From: Antedon mediterranea
Taxonomy: Eukaryota; Animalia; Echinodermata
Direction: 5' to 3'
DNA length: 64,000 nt
Assembly: GCF_964355755.1 (NCBI RefSeq)
Contig: NC_092670.1
Coordinates: forward strand, 11,208,795 to 11,272,794
Shown here: piece by piece, positions 24,201 through 36,989 of the stretch
Position numbering within the stretch: position 1 is the stretch's first letter
Layout: each line of letters starts with the position of its first letter
Program-made: the position numbers and the translations under genes
The notes under the pieces: generated by a model
Told to the model about the DNA's origin: nothing
The model's input: only the letters and a program-made list of their open reading frames with translations
Databases searched by the model: none

Positions 24201-25724
24201 AGTTTGGCGCTATGTCCGTAGTGGTAAGGGTCAAGCTAATACACCTTATGAGTTTTATGAAATTGCCGTAAATAGAAATCCAAATATGAACATATACTAC
24301 TTGTCTAAAGAGAGTGTAGCTCAGAATGAACAGATGTTGGAGGATCATTGGAGCACTACTACTACAGTGCCAAACACTATTAAACTACACTTTGTAATGC
24401 CAATAGATCGGTGCCATTTAAGGGTTGCCCAAACCACAGATTCAAATCAATTGCATGAAGTACGAATTAAAGTTGATGATGAAAATGAAGAATCAGATGG
24501 TGAAGAATCAAATGATAGTGTAAGAGAAGAATCAGATGATAGTGGAAGTGAAGAATCAGATGATAGTGGAAGTGAAATTGAGTTGGAAAAGGAAGCAGAA
24601 TCAGTGCAGTCAGATGAAGAGTTAGAGTTGAATGTAGGTGACTGGGTGTTGGTAAGATATGATGGAAATGAGTTTCCGGGAGAGATCACAGAGTTTTTAA
24701 ATGAGGAAATAAGAGTAAATGTTAATTGTTATGCATAAGTCTGGCCAAAACTGGAAGTGGCCTCTCCTGAAACAAGATAATATCTTTTACTACAAAAGAA
24801 ATGTGATTAAGAAAATTGGGCTACCAATTGCAGTGGGCCACAGAAGCCAATTTACATTCCCTACTTAGTACTGTTTAGAATAAAAAAGTACATTTCATGG
24901 TTGTTATTTCATCAGTTCATCAGTTGTTAAATGTTCAGTTATTACAGTTTTATTATAAAATGAATAAAAATATTGAGTTCATTGGTAATCAGTTGTTTTT
25001 GGTTCTGTTAATTTATTTATTTCAACAAATTTCAGTCATTGTACGTCCGACACGTTTTATTGTACGTCCGACACTGCATCCATCATCCATTTTTTACAAA
25101 GAAAATGTTAAAGTACAATATTTATATTTATTCCTCTACATTGTCTAACTATTTGTTTCCTATGATAAGAAAATTATATTGTTCTTAATCTCCACAAATC
25201 ACAGAGATTTTGAATTAAATGTTAACTAATGTTATAAAAGTAATTTTGTCTGAGTACGTCCGACACGGAGCCATTTTGCTGTCATTCTTCGCTACCATAG
25301 CAACATTAAAAATATGTTTTTGGGAAATAAATGTACTATCTAGTACATATACTTGGGACATCAAAGCAAAACTAAATACACACATATTGATGATGGAAAT
25401 ATCATTAAAGTGTCTGAAATGTACGTCCGACATTATGGAATTGCCCAACTAAAGATGATATGTTTTGTTTGTTTAGGTGATTCTTTGGCAGTACACAATG
25501 GTCAACAATTTACAACGTATGATACAGACAATGATAAGAGTAGTAGTAACTGTGCTGTGACATACAAAGGTGCTTGGTGGTACGAAAACTGTCATTATTC
25601 AAACCTGAATGGGCTTTACCTTACACCAGGTACAGCTGATTACAGTGGCATCAACTGGAGGCATTTCCATAATAATAAAAACAGTCTCAAGAAAACAGTT
25701 ATGATGGTTAAAAGAGCACCATAA
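15238..25724 (+). CDS. FReD gene B; exons 15238-15331, 15848-15984, 16400-16661, 25477-25724; 8.8-kb TE-filled last intron
   Basis: Signal peptide MNSRAFMICCMLAVLATCHS. All junctions are GT-AG and in frame. Terminal exon reads [42 protein letters not shown]. Confidence 0.87.
16871..17744 (-). mobile_element. Non-autonomous Helitron (internally rearranged copy)
   Basis: Minus strand reads A|TCtatatata...ccatCTAG|T. Shares both ends and about 450 bp with 20135-21448. Confidence 0.78.
17756..18735 (-). mobile_element. 3' fragment of a CR1-group LINE (ORF 18016-18666)
   Basis: KLLGLIIQDDLKW and YIRPILEYACPVW motifs of the post-RT region of LINE ORF2. A 3' UTR ends in an (aata)n/poly-A tail, seen as a T-run at 17756 on the plus strand. 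Confidence 0.85.
19171..19270 (+). mobile_element. Tiny Helentron/DINE-like remnant
   Basis: ttttagttgtgtgcaaacgcgactcta, a ggtt/ggtc microsatellite seed and a 3' end ...atgtatggccttgttt between T runs. Confidence 0.4.
20135..21448 (-). mobile_element. Complete non-autonomous Helitron
   Basis: 5'-TC...CTAG-3' inserted between A and T with no TSD. Empty site tagaa|taaaa at ~835 and ~9505. 3' hairpin ctagatggtacgc...gcgtaccatctag. Confidence 0.88.
21659..25446 (+). mobile_element. Sola2-like DNA transposon, full length
   Basis: TIRs gggcaatt(aatt)ccataat / attatggaattgccc with a GRG terminus. 4-bp TSD aact (21655-58, 25447-50). Empty site gcagtaaactaaagatg at ~1020 and ~9700. Confidence 0.85.
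22721..24868 (+). pseudogene. Sola2-type DDD transposase with two frameshifts (~23430 and ~24725)
   Basis: CVCxYHE motif; catalytic-type motifs QVDFSEN, FSDGAGAHFK and FFATSHGKGVVDGHGG; an acidic tract; C-terminal VGDWVLVRY...WKWP. 5'-UTR intron 22451-22708 and two CCAAT boxes at ~22280 and ~22320. Confidence 0.8.
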
Positions 25725-26980
25725 GAAAATTTTAATTATAACTTTAGTAATTTGACTTTAATTTGGCTCATAATAAAAAATGGCAAATATTGATTTTATT
25801 AAAGATGCAGTGAGACCAAAATCATGTTTGGTTATCATACTTTTTGTGTTATATTAATTATTTTAAATGAATAATAAAACCTTGGTTTAATTACATAATG
25901 ACAAAATAAAATTATTTTTTTTTAATATACAGTGCTTCATTTTAATCACATACAGTACATAAGTTTATGATTACAATCATTTATTAAATAATAATTATAG
26001 TATTATCAGAATTTGTAAAAAATACATATGCCCATATATATACTACAAGTAATATCAAATTCCATTATTAATAAAAGATACTACTGACTTGGATGTGTTA
26101 TAATCTTTAGTAAATCATTAATATTAATATTAATTTAGTTTTACTAATTTAATTAAAAGGGTATCTGGTTTTATGGTTTTATTCTTTATAATTCATTCAT
26201 TCAATCTTTTATTTTGGAATCTTGCAAAGTAATATTGGATATAAATTAATTAAAAAATAAACTACTAATTATTACTACTCATCTCAGGATTGAGCTATTG
26301 ATACAACCATGGAGCTAATAGTATCCATGATACAACTAAAAAATATACTTTATTCACATTATCAGAAATCTCTCTCTCGTCGTTCTACTCATATCTGAAA
26401 TCTGCTGAGAACTAAATAACTCTTTAGAAAAACCTACTCTTTGCATGACCTGCAATTCAATATTAGTGTGAATGAAAAACTTGTTTTGGTCCATAAAATA
26501 GTACAAAAGGGTATCAAAGCCTGTTTGCTTGTAAAATTGTTTTTTAATGCTTAACTAATATCAAATATTAATTATTAATAATTTTTTCTCCTAAGCAAAT
26601 AAATTCAACAAAGAAATGAAATGCATGAAATGTTTCTGTGTTATTTACTGTTGATAACACTTGACCATATGATAACTGGGGACAGAGAAACTAGGAGAAA
26701 GAGACAGTAGCTGAAAAAATCAAACTTAATTATCATCATGTCTTAAAAAAGACAATTACTAAAGTGTAAATCTCATTCACGAACAAAGCAGCTAAACAAA
26801 TTAAACAGTCACAACCAAGCTAATTCTGTTTTGAGTGTTTACAAACAGAATTACAAAGTTTTTCATCTCATTCACGAATCAATTAGCTAAACAAATTATC
26901 AACAAATATCCAATCAAACTTATACAATATTCAAATATTGTTCAGTATAATGTAATTAATTTGTAACATCGAGATTACAT

Positions 26981-27151
26981 GAGAAATCCTATTATAAACC
27001 TTTTAGTTGAAAGGGTGTGGTTAGAAAACATCTGGGTTGTACCCTAACCAATCTCCATATAAAAGAGAGATGTTCCAATATTGCACTGTCAGACCCCGTG
27101 GCAATCAATTCATTATTCGGCTGATGTGTAGAGAACATTGAAAATACAGTT
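26981..27151 (+). promoter_or_regulatory. Putative promoter and non-coding first exon of FReD gene C
   Basis: Same conserved block as before genes A and B; gtaagt donor at 27152. Confidence 0.55.
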
Positions 27152-27317
27152 GTAAGTATTATATTTAAAATTGTATATCAATTTAGGAACAATATTAAAA
27201 AGGAATTCTTGATGACTTTAACCGTTGAAGTCTAATGTTGGGAAGTGAAGAGTTGGTTACTATTGACAGTTGAACCAAGCTATGTTTAAATGTGATAGTA
27301 CAGCAATACTGGTCCTG

Positions 27318-29216
27318 TTTTATTTATTAGGTTATATGCATTAATGCATATAACCTCTTGATTCTGTCAGGATCTTTATTTATTTATTAGGTTATATGCA
27401 TTATCATGCATATAACCTCTTGATTCTGTCAAAATCTTTATTTATTTATTTATTTATTCTTTCCTTAGCACTATTTTGTCCGTGAATTATCTTGATATCA
27501 GTTTCATCTATCTAAGTCAATTTTTCAGATTATATTCCTTATGGCCAGTAATCGATGTGGTTATGTTTTCAGGTTGCGCAATAAAACATTACGCGGTCTA
27601 CGCGCGATTTAACGAAATCACGTTTGTAATCATATCTTCACAAACATGAATCACTTTTAAACAAAATTTGGTACTCATAAATTTCAGGTCATATTTCATC
27701 ATATGGCAATACAATTACGTGCGTAGCGCATATAACGCATGCGTACGCGCGCTTAAAATGTTGAAAATTGTCAGAATTTATTTTCGATGAAATTAGAGTA
27801 CGTTTCAGACAATTTTAAGCGTTTAAAAAATTGACATGAGTGCGCAGATTTTTGCACGCGCACTGCGCGTCAAACGTGAATGCGCACTGTTTTTGTCCGA
27901 TTACTGTTGTATAACCTTTCTTTAATAATGTCATCATATTTTATTCACTTTTCAACGGGAAACAGCGTTATACGAGCACGTCAAAAGTGACAGGCTACGC
28001 ATGTGTCAGTTAACAAAATGGTGAAAATATGCTAATATATATTGTTAGAATGCTCGGGAACACCTATTTTTTATTTCATTTTCTTGAAGTGTATGTATCT
28101 ATTCAAATCAAGCAAAAATATTCAAATTTATGGACACTTTTCACACAAAAAATACAAGAAGTCAATCAACTAAAACTCTAAATGTTCCAGCATGGAACAA
28201 TATTTATGGAAAGAGAATGTTTAATTTAATAGAGCATCAACCTTATGGAATAATCTTCCTGTACATATCCGTAAAAATTATGAGACATTTAGTCAAGTTG
28301 AATTTAAACATCTTGTATAACTTCTATTGTACATAGTTTTAATATTGCTTTTACTTTTATTTTTCTTGTATTTTTTTCCAAATCTGGACCTCTTGGGAGA
28401 CCAGTACTTGTGTATTGAAAGAGCTATTCCAGAATAAAGAAAGATTTGTATTGTATTGTATTGTATCATATGTATGATTTATTATGAAATTAGGAGAAAA
28501 AAAGTTGATTAGGTCATTATTAATGACATATTAAATTTAAAAAAATTAATTTTGACAATCAAACAAATTATGACATTTTCTTAGGCCAAAATAACAAACT
28601 TAACATTAACTTTCTTTCTTAAGAAGTTCATATATTAAAGTTAAAAGTATATAGTTTGACAGTGCATCATTTTTTTTACATTTTTAAAGATGTCATCATA
28701 GTAAAAAATTATAAATCATTGCGGTATGTAATAATCTATTTGCACCAAAGTGGTTACTGCATAGTAAATACACGGAGGAATTTTTCTACAACTTTTAGTC
28801 AATTGTGTATGGCTCGATGGTCTGTGCTCGTGTCTATGGCATTCAAGGTACCGAGATCGAGTCTCACTTTGGGAAATGAAATAAGATTTTTTTTTTATTA
28901 TCCGTATTGTTTGTTCAAATTGATTTCTTTGTGTATAGATTATACACATGATTTATAATAATAATCTAGATAAAAAGTAACTTATGTCTTTATTATTATG
29001 TAAAAACAAATGTGGTTTATGACATTATACGCATATGGATCTTTGATTGTGATACCGGCTATGGTGTTCGCGTTAGCAAGGTCCTACCATATATTATAAA
29101 TAATTAAAGATTCTGAGAAAATCAATCAATCAATATATCTTTTAAAAATCAATTATCTTTATTCAAATCAATGCATATAACCTATAATTCGTCATAGTGA
29201 CGAATTAAATCTAGTT
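27318..29216 (+). mobile_element. Helentron-associated non-autonomous element
   Basis: 5' palindromic subTIR ggttatatgcat..atgcatataacc (tandemly duplicated) and a (ttta)n run. At the 3' end: subTIR at 29171, hairpin aattcgtca-tag-tgacgaatt and terminal ctagtt. Confidence 0.7.
28130..28467 (+). mobile_element. Short LINE 3'-end remnant nested in the Helentron-like element
   Basis: HTKNTRSQ..LNVP....YGKR...(L)WNNLP, typical of an ORF2 end. AATAAA is followed by a (ttgta)n tail. Confidence 0.6.
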
Positions 29217-29220
29217 ATTA

Positions 29221-29367
29221 AACTCTATCTATATACACTATCAAAATAGTTTGACAAAAAAGTGTGATGTGCCCAAATATGGTAGTGATATGATATCATC
29301 ATGTCCATATATGAACACATAACATTTTCTTTTGTCAAATAAAGTTGGATATTGTAGACAGAACTTT
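29221..29367. mobile_element. MITE family 1 (PIF/Harbinger-like), degenerate copy
   Basis: Imperfect palindrome ...acactatcaaa...gtagacagaacttta. Related copies at 33645, 49567, ~61020 and 62336. Confidence 0.65.
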
Positions 29368-29617
29368 AGAGTTGCTTTAATTGATTAAGTTATTTTATTT
29401 TACCTTTCTTAAAACTGTGGCCGTGCTTGCATAAGACCATAAGCTTCAATTGGCTAGTTATTATTATCTATAGGCTATTGATTTTGATTCCATATATTTA
29501 GTGACTCTAGGTACCTGGAGATTCCCCATTTGTTTCATGTTTTATTTAAACAAAGACACTGGGTATCTTTTCTAATTTAGTTTAAATCTGTCAATTGTAT
29601 TAAGTGAGCTTCTAAGT

Positions 29618-32600
29618 ATGGATTCCAGAGCTTTCGTCATCAGCTGTATGTTGGTTGTGTTAGCTACCTGTCACCCAAGTCAGAATGTGTGTCCCCCTCC
29701 TCCAACAAGCAAGTGGAATATTTATTCGCTAAAGAAGAGTACACATAATAGATGGTAGAATAGGGGAAAGAGATTATCGCTCTCACAAAAGCCTGTCCAC
29801 ATACATATGCCAGGCTTATATTCTAAATGTCTTCATTTAATAAAAAAAAAAGAAGAAAATTAGGTTAAACTAACTTTTTTTTTAAATATCAAAAAAATTA
29901 TACAATAAGATTTAGGATATTTTTGGGTAAATGAAATGATTGTATTTCAAAACCAATGTCAATTAGACAATTGATTTTTTTGGAACAATCATTTTTAATA
30001 TCACATTTAAATTTTGTATAAATTTGCTTTATTGTGTACTACAGCGATCTTTTTTATTATTACAAGACAAACTTTGTCATTTTAGGATCTTTTATCAGGG
30101 ACTGTGGTGACATTTTGTTAAATTGTCCCTCTGCATTGAGTGGTGAATATGTGATACAGCCAGGAGATCAAGGCCACAGTTTACTGTCTACTGTGATATG
30201 AGGAAAGACGGAGGTTGGACGGTAAGTATAGTGGCGCAACACAGAGGCCAAATACCTCTGTGGGCCCCGGAAAGGGTCTTGGCAAGCCCCCTTGGCCTCT
30301 TTGGTATTAAGTCTTATGACATATTAGTGCCTATTTTTTATTCAAAATGTTGTAAGCTATTATTTTTTTTAACTTGATACCTATATTAATTACATAATTT
30401 TTTTTCTGAGCCCTGTTCTCGGTTCAGTCAACCACCAGGGTCTCTGGAGTTAGCCAGTGAGCATGCATAACTGTTAAGCACAAATTTTTCAGAGGGGCTA
30501 TACCTGGTTTCATGGCTTAGTATTTTGTGAAAATCTACGGCATTATTATGACACTATAACCACTGCCAGGTTAATTACATGTGCCAGACCAAACCACACT
30601 AAAGTTCTAAAGCTATAGATAAGTATAACATTAAGCTAAAAACTGTAAATTAATGACAACTAATCGTAAAAATAAAATTACTGGTTAAGTTCTTTACTTA
30701 AGTACAGGTATTATTATATAACCTTATCACTAACAGGTGATACAAAGAAGAGAAGATGGATCAGTTGATTTCTACCGTAATTGGACAGAATACAAAGAGG
30801 GTTTTGGCAACATGAATACAGAGTTCTGGCTTGGTAATGAGCAGATCAACCGTATAACAACTGATGGAGATTATGAGCTCTTGGTAGAGATGACTGACAA
30901 CTTGGACGTTAACAAAATTTCAAAGTATTTTCACTTCCGTATTGGAACTGAAGACTCTAACTATGCTTTGACAATCAATGGATACACAGGACCAGCAGGT
31001 TAGTATATCTTCAATAATAATTTAAAAAAGAAACGGAGATTTAAAATAATTTATTTTTGGCTGAGTTGGTAGAGATAGTGAATATAATAGTGGATTGTGA
31101 GTACAGTATACATTCATCTGATTTGTTACTTTTATGTTAATAATTTTATAACTATAAAAGACAAAACCAAATATTAATCTAAAAAAGTTGACAGTTTCAA
31201 TACAAGTACATCATTAAGTTAAAATATAAGTATGTTTAAATTGGTTTATAATACAATATTTAAAAAAAATCATACTTATCCATACAGTAGAATAGAAGAA
31301 AAAAATATCTTTTGTACAATAAACATTCATTGTATAACCAATTAAATATGTAAATATATATAATGTATACTGAGCATGAATTTGGTTATCCGTTGTCAAG
31401 CGAGGTCATTCATGCTCACTGCTGATTGGATGAAAGAAAAAAAATTGTACGATTTCAGAAAACAAATGGCTTGATCTATCGCTACAAAGTCTGAGCCCGA
31501 ATCAGGTACAAATTCAAATCATACAAATTTGGTGTGAACGATCCTAATTCTTTACTGTGATGTCAACACATCTTTAAGAAGAACAAAAAATTAGGAGGCG
31601 CTAAATAGGGCAGTTGCTATAAGAGAACATAATGACCTGAAGAAAATAGTGTGCTCTCTATTTTGTGTCTAAACAGTATACACACACTGTATACATACTA
31701 CATACAGTTTAGCATAGGTAAAACTACAGGACCTGTCTTTTATTCCAATTTTTAACATGATGACATCACCAAAATGAAACACGAAGATAGCAATTTTGGA
31801 AGGAAATTATCCGAGCAACAACATATTAACATGTTGAACGTAGAATATAGATGCGCTCTCTTTAAATGTGATTAACTATTACGCAAAAAATGAAAATATG
31901 ACTTTTTAAATTCAACTGGCCAAATGACTGACATCACAATATCCGATACACAAAATGTTTATATGAATTCGACAATTCAACAGCTTCCAGAAAACGTTTT
32001 AATGAGTATCACTTTTTATTCTGAGGAGCTATAACATATTGAAATTTACTGAGAGATGAAAATAAGTGACCAACGTTATTCACATTTTCTAACATGACAT
32101 CATCAAAATTAAAATGTTTGTAACTCCTACAAAAGATAATTGATTGAGCAAACAAATATTAATATCTGGAAGAAATTAAGTTACGGATAAGCGAGATGCG
32201 CTCTATTAAATGTGATGAGCTATGACGAAAGAGGCAAAAATTCTATCTTTTATATTCAGGGGGGTAATACGATGACGTCATAACATCCGAGAGGTAACAA
32301 TTTTGCATGAATTCATATCTACTTGCATTATAAGTTTAAAACATTTGGGGTAAGGTTGATCCCGAGGAGCTATAATAGATTAAAAATAGGCATGATTTTG
32401 ACAATATTTTGTAAATAAACTAAATCGCACGCAAATTGTCTAATTCAATGTCATTTCAAGTGGAAATGGTCTAATTTCAATTACTAGAAAAAGCTGGAAA
32501 AATATAATTCAAGTAAAAAAAACATGTTTTTTATACTCCGAGCACACCATACGCGTAAAAAAAAATTGCGCGCGTGGCAATTCTTGACATGCGCAAAATG

Positions 32601-33317
32601 CCATGATTCGTGTAAAAAGTTGATTAAAAATTAATTTTGAAAAATCTAAAATTTTAAATGCGTGTGTAACTTTGTATGAAACATGCCATTTTTTAAGCAC
32701 AGAAAGTTGACTCATGTTGCGCAACTTTGACGTTTTTCAAAAATAGGAGGTGCACAACTTCATGAATGTAGATATGTTGACAAAGTTACGACATTTTATG
32801 TTTTAGAGAAACGCGGCGGACAAAAATAGGGTGGAAAGAAAGAAGAATAATACAGAAAAAAAAAGTTGATGATGATCTCATACAATCACAAGGAGTTATC
32901 CGCCAAAGGGCGGATAACTAATAAGTTATGGTATACATATAATTATTATGGATTTCAACATCTTTCCAAAGAGTTTTCATGCTTTATACAAAAACTTCTT
33001 AAGATAAAATTTATATAAGATTAATAATAAGTAAACTAAAAATGATTTATTATTTTGTTGTTTTAGGTGATTCTTTGGCATTGAACAATGGTCAACAATT
33101 TACAACGTACGACAGAGACAATGATGTGTATTCAACACTTAACTGTGCTGAGAAATGCAAAGGTGCGTGGTGGTACAATGCCTGTGGTTATTCAAGTCTG
33201 AATGGGCTTTACCTTTCACCAGGATCTACTTCTACTACTGGCATATTTTGGTATCATTTCAAGAACAAGTGGGAGAGTCTCAAGAAGACAGTGATGATGG
33301 TTAAAAGAGCACCATAA
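29618..33317 (+). pseudogene. FReD gene C (frameshifted); exons 29618-29708, 30086-30221, 30737-30998, 33067-33317
   Basis: Close paralogue of gene A in exons 1-3. Exon 2 is 136 bp against 137 bp in gene A (1-bp loss at ~30175), giving TGA at 30199. The exon 1 donor is GC (gcaagt). Confidence 0.8.
31730..32924 (-). mobile_element. Helentron-like non-autonomous element in the last intron of gene C (left boundary uncertain)
   Basis: Terminal palindrome agttatccgcc-aaag-ggcggataact+aataa next to a (gaa)n tract. Same 5'-end architecture as the 27318 element, in reverse. Confidence 0.5.
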
Positions 33318-33644
33318 GAAGACCTCTATCCTAATTCAAGCTATAAAAATTCATTATTAATACTACTGTGCCTATGTGAAAGCTAGTTGTTTGCTGCTAT
33401 CTACAGATTATATTTTTGATTTGTTTACAGAAACTAATACATTATTAATATTATTATTTGTATTTCAATCTAATTATAATATAATTATAATCAAATTATA
33501 GATAATCGTATTATGAATTATTAATTAAAAAATACTGTATTGCTTGGCAGTCATGGTATTAAAAGAGTATTATTAACGGATTCATTGGTTTTCTAAAAAT
33601 CTAAAATAAGAGTATTTGCAATAATCTCCATTTAAAAAACTGTT

Positions 33645-33787
33645 TAAGCTCTGTCTACATTATCAAAGTTTATGTGATAAAACATGTGATGTACCCTTAA
33701 TATGGACATGATGATGTTATATCACTACCATATTTTGGCACATCACACTTTTTGTTGTCATAGTTGGATAGTGTAAACAGAGCTTTA
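33645..33787. mobile_element. MITE family 1 copy
   Basis: TIRs agctctgtctaca / tgtaaacagagct flanked by taa/tta. Confidence 0.72.
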
Positions 33788-34834
33788 TAGTATTCTACAC
33801 ATCATGGTGCTCATCAACATTAAGGGAGCTAAGTTATAAACAAGAAATATTTCTTACAAAAAAACGCTGCTCGCTTATTGAAAAATATTTTTTATTTTAA
33901 ATGTTTTTGAAAGTGTCATTTTATTGTCACATAATAGTTATTTTACCTGAAAAAATGTAATTTAAAGCAACAAATACTTAAATTGTCTGTCAGACAATGG
34001 TTTTTGGGTTTCTTTTCTTTTTTTATATGTGAATAAATATTATTTTTTTTGTTACAGAAGTGAATACTCAATTTCTGTCACTTTAGTTAATTTTATTGCT
34101 AAGGTCAAATCTGGGGGTCACTTCATCACCCTAGATATTTCAATTGTGAAGTATCCTATTACAAACACAAACTTTAATGGACTGTTTGGATAATAATTCA
34201 ATGAATATCTGACAGTGAATATACCAGAAAATAATGCTTAGGGATTTGTAATTTTAGCATGACATGTCCTAATAGACTCTTTCCCAGACGTTTTTTGGGT
34301 CTACTGTAGCAGCTGGAATCAATAAATTATAGTGGAGTTTCCATTTTCACAAAACTGTCTGTCCTTAGAACTATAACTGCTGCTTGCTTTAGCTTCTGAT
34401 TGAGTAGTCCTAATGGGACGTAGCGGGCTAGAGCAGCAGCGTGAAAAATCCCAAAATAATTGGATGTCATAAAATAGGCAATATCCAGGGTTCCCATGCC
34501 AGGAGTTTAACAGCATAGAAATACTAAATAACATCTTCAGCAAGCAAAACAATAACTCACTGGGCAGAAGAATCATAATGCAATCGACATAAAATAATGT
34601 AATATAATGATATACATTTATAATTTAGAAATCAACCTTTGTATTAGAATTCAACTAAGTTCACGAACTTGGCCCAGAAAGACCAGAGGAGAAATTATCC
34701 AGATGTTTTAATGTCCATTTAGTTCATAATTAAATCCCAAAAGTAAACAGTTTTGACCTCCTTAACCGTTCCCATCGTAAAACAATTAGATATTGACAAA
34801 TTTAAGCAAAGATTCGACAGGGCCAATTCATCAT

Positions 34835-35207
34835 TGTAACCTCCCCAGATAAGATCAATCATTTCCACTTAAACACCCCTGGATCAACTTAGGACCAATT
34901 ATTAGCTCCAGAAATGACGTAATGACATATGGACATATGCTAATGAACTGAGCCGATATACCCCCAAGTTTTAGAAGAGCCCAGACACACCTCACAGCCA
35001 CTTCTCCAGAAGCAGACCTACACACCTCACACCTCACCGACAGCATCACTGTATCCTCTGTTCCTGTTTCTATATTGTTTTGTATTGAGTATACAACGTA
35101 TTATTGAATAAGCAATATATGTGTTACTACAGTCCAGCGAGTAGAGTCCTCTTTACAAGTCAGAAACCTCATAACACTATATTACAATAATGGTAGAACA
35201 CATAACA
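34835..35207 (+). mobile_element. Probable solo LTR
   Basis: TGTAA...TAACA ends, flanking 5-mers atcat/atcac, and higher GC than the flanks. Confidence 0.42.
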
Positions 35208-35426
35208 ATCACAACTCCTTAAAAGAAGTGATGGGAGAACCTGAAAGTACATTATTGTAAAAGACAACTGTCTGTTTGAAAGCTCTTTTCTCACTAAGTT
35301 TCCTGTCACAGAAGTTTGAGATAACAAACATACATGCATTTAATACATTTTATATGAACAGAATACAAGGCTTTATTCTGTATTCTAGTACATGATGTGT
35401 ATTTAACAGCTCAATGAACTGATATA

Positions 35427-35530
35427 GAATAACATCTGGGTTGTTCCCAAACAAATCAATAGAGAGGTGTCCCAATACATTGTGAGACCTGTGATAATAC
35501 ATTTTGTGTGTAGGGAATATTGAACCAGTT
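35427..35530 (+). promoter_or_regulatory. Putative promoter and non-coding first exon of FReD gene D
   Basis: aacatctgggttgttccc...ccaata..ttg...ccagtt|gtgaga is homologous to the block before genes A, B and C. Confidence 0.45.
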
Positions 35531-35762
35531 GTGAGAATTACACTTCTATTTGAAACTAAAAGCATTTGATGAACTTCAACAATGTATGCATTCACAATTT
35601 TTAGCAATGAATTGTGACTGAACAGACGTTAGTTGACTTGCTCCATCTAAAACTGAATTTAATCTATGTTTTGTCACATTTTTCTATAAGCTAAGTGATT
35701 ATTTTTTGGTCCTTTTAACTCTTGTCACTACACTTATTCGCTGACGACCTTTCAAGTCGATT

Positions 35763-36870
35763 ATGGTGAAAAAGGAGCCCAAGAATGTAGCCAAACATGA
35801 CACGGTGGATGAATCTGGTTGGTGCAAATTTCAAAAGCTATCAACTGAATTATGTGGAATTCAGGGGAAGCTGGACTCTGTGCTGAAAGATCAACGAGAC
35901 ATCCTAAAGAGAATAGACAACATGGGATCTAAGCAAACTCAAATAATTAATTCACTAGCAAACCTGGAAAATCAGGTAGATATTATAACTTTTAATTAAT
36001 TAATTAAACTACTTCTACTGTTGAAACCAGTGAATCTAACTCAAAAACCAAATTAACAAGTTTGAATGCTATTCTAGATCTTTCAATTTCATAGTTGCTA
36101 TTAAAATGTATCCATCATCTACAACACTGTGAAGATGTTGTTAAAAACAGCCCATTTTTGTCACATGACTTTAAATGTGCGATATATTTACTTAAAAAAC
36201 AAAGCATTGAGATATGCTGATCAAGGTGTACAGTGAGGAGAAAAAGCCTACATTCCGTAGCAGAAACCTCTACATAGATTGTCAGTTATACTGAGAACAA
36301 AAGAACTGATAGGCCTGGAGGTGGCATAGCCATATAGTATATCTAGATCAGACACATCAATACATATTGCATAATGATCTTTCTTCTATTATTCCAACAA
36401 TTCTGAATCTATTTTATTAAAATTAAACCCCAGACAAAAAATATTTCTGTAATGTACCGAAACCCTGAATTAACATTAACTACTATTTCTTAATATACAG
36501 TATATTTAATATATTTTTTATGCATATTGTTAATTTTTATGTATTTTTTTTCGTCATGAATCTGTTTTTTTCTGTGATGTTTAGCTTTTTACAATATGTA
36601 CTACAATAATTTCACTTGTTCTGCTTTTTGTAATGTTTTTTTATATACCTGAATAAATAAAAAATAAATAAAATTTCTAAAATTATCCATAATGAAAACA
36701 AACTGCAGGGATTTCAATATTGATCTACTAAACTGCAATTCAAACATCTAAATTTATCAGTAGGTCAACTTTGTTTAAACCTACACACTTACCACAATGA
36801 CTTCAACCCAATCGATAAAATCTCTCTCTAAAATTTAGATATATCTGATCATTTTCCCATCTTCTTTCTA
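35763..36870 (+). mobile_element. Decayed 5' part of a CR1-like LINE (ORF1 coiled coil plus APE endonuclease remnants)
   Basis: Coiled-coil-like ORF at 35763-35999. Remnant motifs RPGGGIAI (~36311), DFNIDLL (~36710) and SDHFPIF (~36844). Confidence 0.6.
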
Positions 36871-36989
36871 AATAATTTGTCTGACAATACAATGAAGCAG
36901 GAGTTTAAATGTATTCATATCTAAATTAATAAAAAAACATTTATCATTTAAAATAATTATAATCATTATATTTCTTGTGTATCAAATAT

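Noticed and set aside
34319-34576. Additional minus-strand dynein exon within the lectin cluster
   Set aside because: No dynein-like motif or convincing splice boundaries.
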